A DNA stretch of 64,000 bases from Phallusia mammillata (Eukaryota). Below, piece by piece: positions 60,601 through 64,000 of the stretch (position 1 is its first letter; every line of letters starts with the position of its first letter). A model generated the notes under the pieces. That model did no database searches. It saw nothing but the letters and a program-made list of their open reading frames with translations, and was not told the DNA's origin. Location: positions 5,518,001 through 5,582,000 of the forward strand of contig OZ281500.1 in NCBI GenBank assembly GCA_965637545.1, read 5' to 3'. Both the position numbers and the translations under genes were made by a program.

Positions 60601-63600
60601 ACGCATTATTAATTTTAAAGTTTAGTGTACTTTGTTTCAACGATGTTCTGACCTGCCTGAAACTTTCGACAACGTTAATTTTTGTAGGCTAAGTACCAAC
60701 CTTACGTTTGTGACGTAACATTAGGTGTTATTTGTTGTTGTTTTTTCGGTTGAAACTAACCAGTCGTTGTCCTTGTGGTGTAGGCCAGTAGTTCTCAAAC
60801 TGTGCGTGGCGACGCCCTGGTGCGGCTCTTTGTTGTTGTATCAATAAACACAACTTTAATAATAAGTTTCCTCATTAACTTTTATTTGCTGGTGCGTCGC
60901 ATGTCCAGAAAAACTTGTCCAGGGGCGTCGCAACAAAAAAAGTTTGAGAACCACTGGTGTAGGCAGTTACAACAAAGGTTGGGCTGTATTTTTATAATTT
61001 AGTTCACAAACGGTAAACTTTTTTATCACGTGGTTGTTGACAAAATACCTGGGGCAGCGGCGTTTCTACCATAGGACAGCGCCAATACCTTTGTTGTGCT
61101 ATTTACCACTTTTTAATGTCTAAATTCCAATGCTTCTTAATGTTTAAATTCCAACTGTAATGAACGCAAACAATTTAATGGTTGTGAAACAATAACCTCG
61201 ATTAAAATCTTTTGCGTATGTTACGTATTAGTCGAAATAATTTTTCAAAGCAATAACGCATGACTAAAGTTGGTCCGATTCTCGGGTATGCGGCATACCC
61301 GAGTTTTTCGTCCGGGTATGCCACGCATACCCGGCATACCGGTGTTCGGCGCCTATGGGCTCAATATAAATAGAAAATGTGTGCATTTTTAACCAGTGAC
61401 GTGGCCAAAGGGGTCGGAGTATACACATGTTAGTTATTAAATTGGCAAAAAAGGAAATATTTTTTAGATTTTTAGGAAATAATTATTAAAAAGACACTTG
61501 GTTTTTTATTAGATCTCTGAGCATAGCGATTTTTTACGCCTAGGGATTTTTTTTTTACGCCTAGGGAATTTTTTTTATTTTTTATTTTTTTTTTTACTTT
61601 TTACGCCTAGGGATGGGCTGAGCTGAGCCAGAACCCGAGACTCGGTTCCGAGCATCGCTGTTTTTGATGCTCCGTTGTTGCACAAACTGACCCGAACATT
61701 AAATTTGTATATTCATGCCCTCCTAACGTAGCTAGTGTTCAAAAGGGTGTCTATAAACAAAAACGAATGATTTTTCAAATGTACGTAAAAGACCTTGTAG
61801 AGCTGAAACTAACGTAGAATGGAGATTTTTGTGACGTCATAACGCACCGAGCATTAACGTGAGATACCATATGGTGCTCGACCAAATAGAGCATTTGCAG
61901 TTTTGGCACATCCCTAACATAGGGTTGCCATTCGTCAGGATTTTCCCTGACATGTCAGGGAATTTAGTGTTTAAATCTGCGTCAGGGAGAAATGTTAAAA
62001 TGTACCTAAAAGTCCGGAATTCAAGAAAAAATATTTGTATATTTTATGAAATTAATGTACCAACGGAGAAAGTTTCTAGTAGATAGCTACAACCGCGTCT
62101 ATACCATGAAACGTAATGAGGTAAACTGGCGGCGCGCAGGTTAGTTATACAGTTTACAATACCTGTTTGTTACTAGATGTTTAACAGTTAAATACACAAA
62201 TAAAAATCCGCATCTCAAGAAAACACAGCATTCGATGCTACATGAGAACGTGGGAAATTTCATTTCCTCAACTGTGTACCTATTATGCAGGGAACTAACT
62301 AACAACTAAAAGTCGAATGCGTGAGACATAACAACATTTTTACAGTGGCATTTTTCTTCAAATTTAAAAAGGTCCTTGTGACTCCCATCGTTTAATTTTT
62401 TTGGTTCAAAAAAAACTTAACTAAACAGAAGCCTGCGCAGAAAGTTAATTATCGTATGTAACGTTTTGAGTATCGCATGTAACGTTTTCTCGTGTCGCCG
62501 TCCGTGTGACTTCCCAATATTCTAATTTATTCCGGAATAGAAGTGTTTGGATCGCAAAAATGGTCAACGCAGCGGTTCTAGGACTGGGGTCCGCGGTCTT
62601 TAAGGGCATTTTGCGGGGACCTCGAGAAGGTGGAAGTAATTCTATATCCTTATTTGGCGTCAGTTTGTGCAACTGGATAAGTTGAAATCAAAGTGAAAGT
62701 GAGAATCGACCGTCTCCATTGTTAAACAATAGGCTTTATTGCATGACAACTAACAAAAATGCAATTGTTCGCGCACAATTGTAACGTTTTTTTGTTCTGT
62801 CTGTGATGTCAGATTTGGATCATTGTTATGCGCAATTTTGCATGTCTAGCTAAAATCCTGCAATCAACTTTCGTTTTTCTGAAATACACATTCAGACTTA
62901 CGTCAACACATTTGGACTTAAAGTTTGAGAAAAACTGGGTTCACGCAACCGAGATAAATTTTGTCAGGGATTGTGTTTCATAAAATATGGCAACCCTACC
63001 CTAACACCCAGTGTTACTCAGGAAACAGGAACAGCAGATGATCTTGGATCTATTATTCAACAAATTGTCAAAAGTCACAAAATATTTGGCACCCCCAAAA
63101 TGTTCTGTTGCCTACGACACTGTTTTTAGTAAACACACCCCAAGCACATAATATAAGTTGACTTCAATAAAAAGATTCACTGAAATGATTTGCCATGCTA
63201 CTTGGATTGGTCGTTTCTGTATTTGTCTTAAACTTCGGCCACAGAGCAGCAAAACTTGGTTTATTACGTCACAATTGATCAATGGGTTAACTAGATTTGG
63301 TAAACTAGATTGTACCGACGAGCGTTGCTGTTCGCCACAATGATATTATGAATCATTTTTGAAATGGTACAAGAAAGCTCAGGGAACCCCTGCGGAACCC
63401 TAAAAGTTCACGGAACCCCTGAGAGAGTTGTACGGAACTCTAGGGTTCCGCGGAACCCCGTTTGAAGAGCCCTGATATAGTCTAACCCACATATTAAACA
63501 AAACAAGTGTAAAATTTGTTTTTTACTCTTATATAATTTATTGAGTAAAAGGTCTTCTAAACAGAATTTTGTTGTTTTAGATCAAATCATTGCAAATTAC

Positions 63601-63693
63601 TTGTTACTGATCTTTAGTGGAATTGCTATTCCCTCTTTTGTGTTTTTTGTGCCACAGAGGAATATTCGTATGGAAATTGATACCAAAGCATAG
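57611..63693 (+). CDS. SLC49A4: MFS transporter of the SLC49 family, DIRC2/SLC49A4-like, 473 aa
   Basis: Exons 57611-57664, 57863-58022, 58121-58295, 58451-58590, 58688-58817, 58921-59056, 59132-59263, 59334-59401, 59505-59638, 59806-59985, 63581-63693 (1422 nt, phases consistent). Motifs VYRLYWYRWYVILLFS...NTWGPIS, LDKWGLR, WFPPGQRISAT, FPNKPPLPPSPSA and LAYPVSEG. Confidence 0.87.
60158..61357. mobile_element. Non-autonomous hAT-type element D (1200 bp) nested in C
   Basis: TIRs CATAGGCGCCGA / TCGGCGCCTATG. Perfect TSD GGCTCAAT at 60150-60157 and 61358-61365. GGGTATGC/GCATACCC subterminal motifs. Confidence 0.9.
60786..60956 (+). mobile_element. hAT MITE family B, internally deleted copy (171 bp), nested in D
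   Basis: Same TIRs as the other B copies. Perfect TSD GTGTAGGC at 60778-60785 and 60957-60964. Confidence 0.92.
61608..61916. mobile_element. Possible small hAT-type element (E2) inside E
   Basis: Ends TAGGGATGGGC / GCACATCCCTA (10/11 inverted match) with CCGAG/CTCGG subterminal motifs. No matching TSD found. Confidence 0.45.
61920..62998. mobile_element. Non-autonomous hAT-type element F (1079 bp) nested in E
   Basis: TIRs TAGGGTTGCCA / TGGCAACCCTA. Perfect TSD CCCTAACA at 61912-61919 and 62999-63006. GTCAGGGA subterminal motifs, including a 20-bp palindrome at 61943-61962. Confidence 0.9.
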
Positions 63694-64000
63694 CATTTTT
63701 TTCATTTTATTCTGTACAGTACAAATGTTCCATATCAGCATAAGCCTCTATGCATAGATCAATTGCAATATCAGTGTTAATACATGTGCAGTTTGTTTTT
63801 GTCAATCCGGTTTTGTTTGTAAATAAGCAAACATTATCATATGTGAATAGTATACTAATGATGCTGTCAAAGCAAAAAATGTGTATCTCCATCCCTAAAG
63901 GTGAATGGCAATAATTTTGTTGCCCATATAGATTTATGTCTGCATACTTATCCACACAATAAAATAGCCAAACTTATTTTTAGTCACAGCATTTAATAAA

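Larger units (their letters stand above)
61394..63122. mobile_element. Older hAT-type element E nested in C
   Basis: Ends CAGTGACGTGGCCAA / TTGCCTACGACACTG (12/15 inverted match). Degenerate TSD TTTTTAAC vs TTTTTAGT (6/8). GGCACCCCC near the right end. Confidence 0.6.
60067..63474. mobile_element. Charlie/Buster-like hAT MITE (element C, about 463 bp when empty) expanded to 3.4 kb by nested insertions
   Basis: Ends CAGTGCTCTTCAA / TTGAAGAGCCCTG. TSD ATATAGGC (60059-60066) vs ATATAGTC (63475-63482), 7/8. GGAACCC subterminal repeats at both ends. Confidence 0.82.

Noticed and set aside
61531-61613. Three TTACGCCTAGGGA repeats with spacers, superficially CRISPR-like
   Set aside because: Spacers are poly-T low complexity, the context is a eukaryotic transposon and no cas genes are present.

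Overview
AT-rich eukaryotic (animal) genomic DNA with GT-AG introns, the shortest 55-68 nt. The gene set and compactness suggest an invertebrate chordate such as an ascidian, but this is inference. There are no prokaryotic features, CRISPR arrays, or recognisable rRNA/tRNA genes. I reconstructed nine intron-containing genes by hand, checking splice phase at each junction. In order: three tandem GT31 beta-1,3-galactosyltransferase-like genes (+; the first is cut by the window edge); an O-fucosyltransferase-family (PF10250-like) type II membrane gene (+); a CRACD/KIAA1211-family gene (+) with an apparent second, internal first exon; YIPF6 (-); a type-B carboxylesterase-like gene (+) with nucleophile Ser->Ala, a GPI-like tail and a +1 frameshift; a secreted Cu/Zn-SOD-fold gene (-), only fragments of which appear in the ORF track, that keeps three Cu histidines but lacks the bridging His, all Zn ligands and the electrostatic loop; and an SLC49A4/DIRC2-like MFS transporter (+). 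The window also holds many non-autonomous hAT-type DNA transposons with TIRs and 8-bp TSDs, including a nested stack of 5-6 elements that fills the last SLC49A4 intron. No transposase ORF is present. The strongest leads are the degenerate secreted SOD-fold protein, the nested hAT stack, the dead GPI-type esterase and the four-gene glycosyltransferase cluster with signs of gene conversion.
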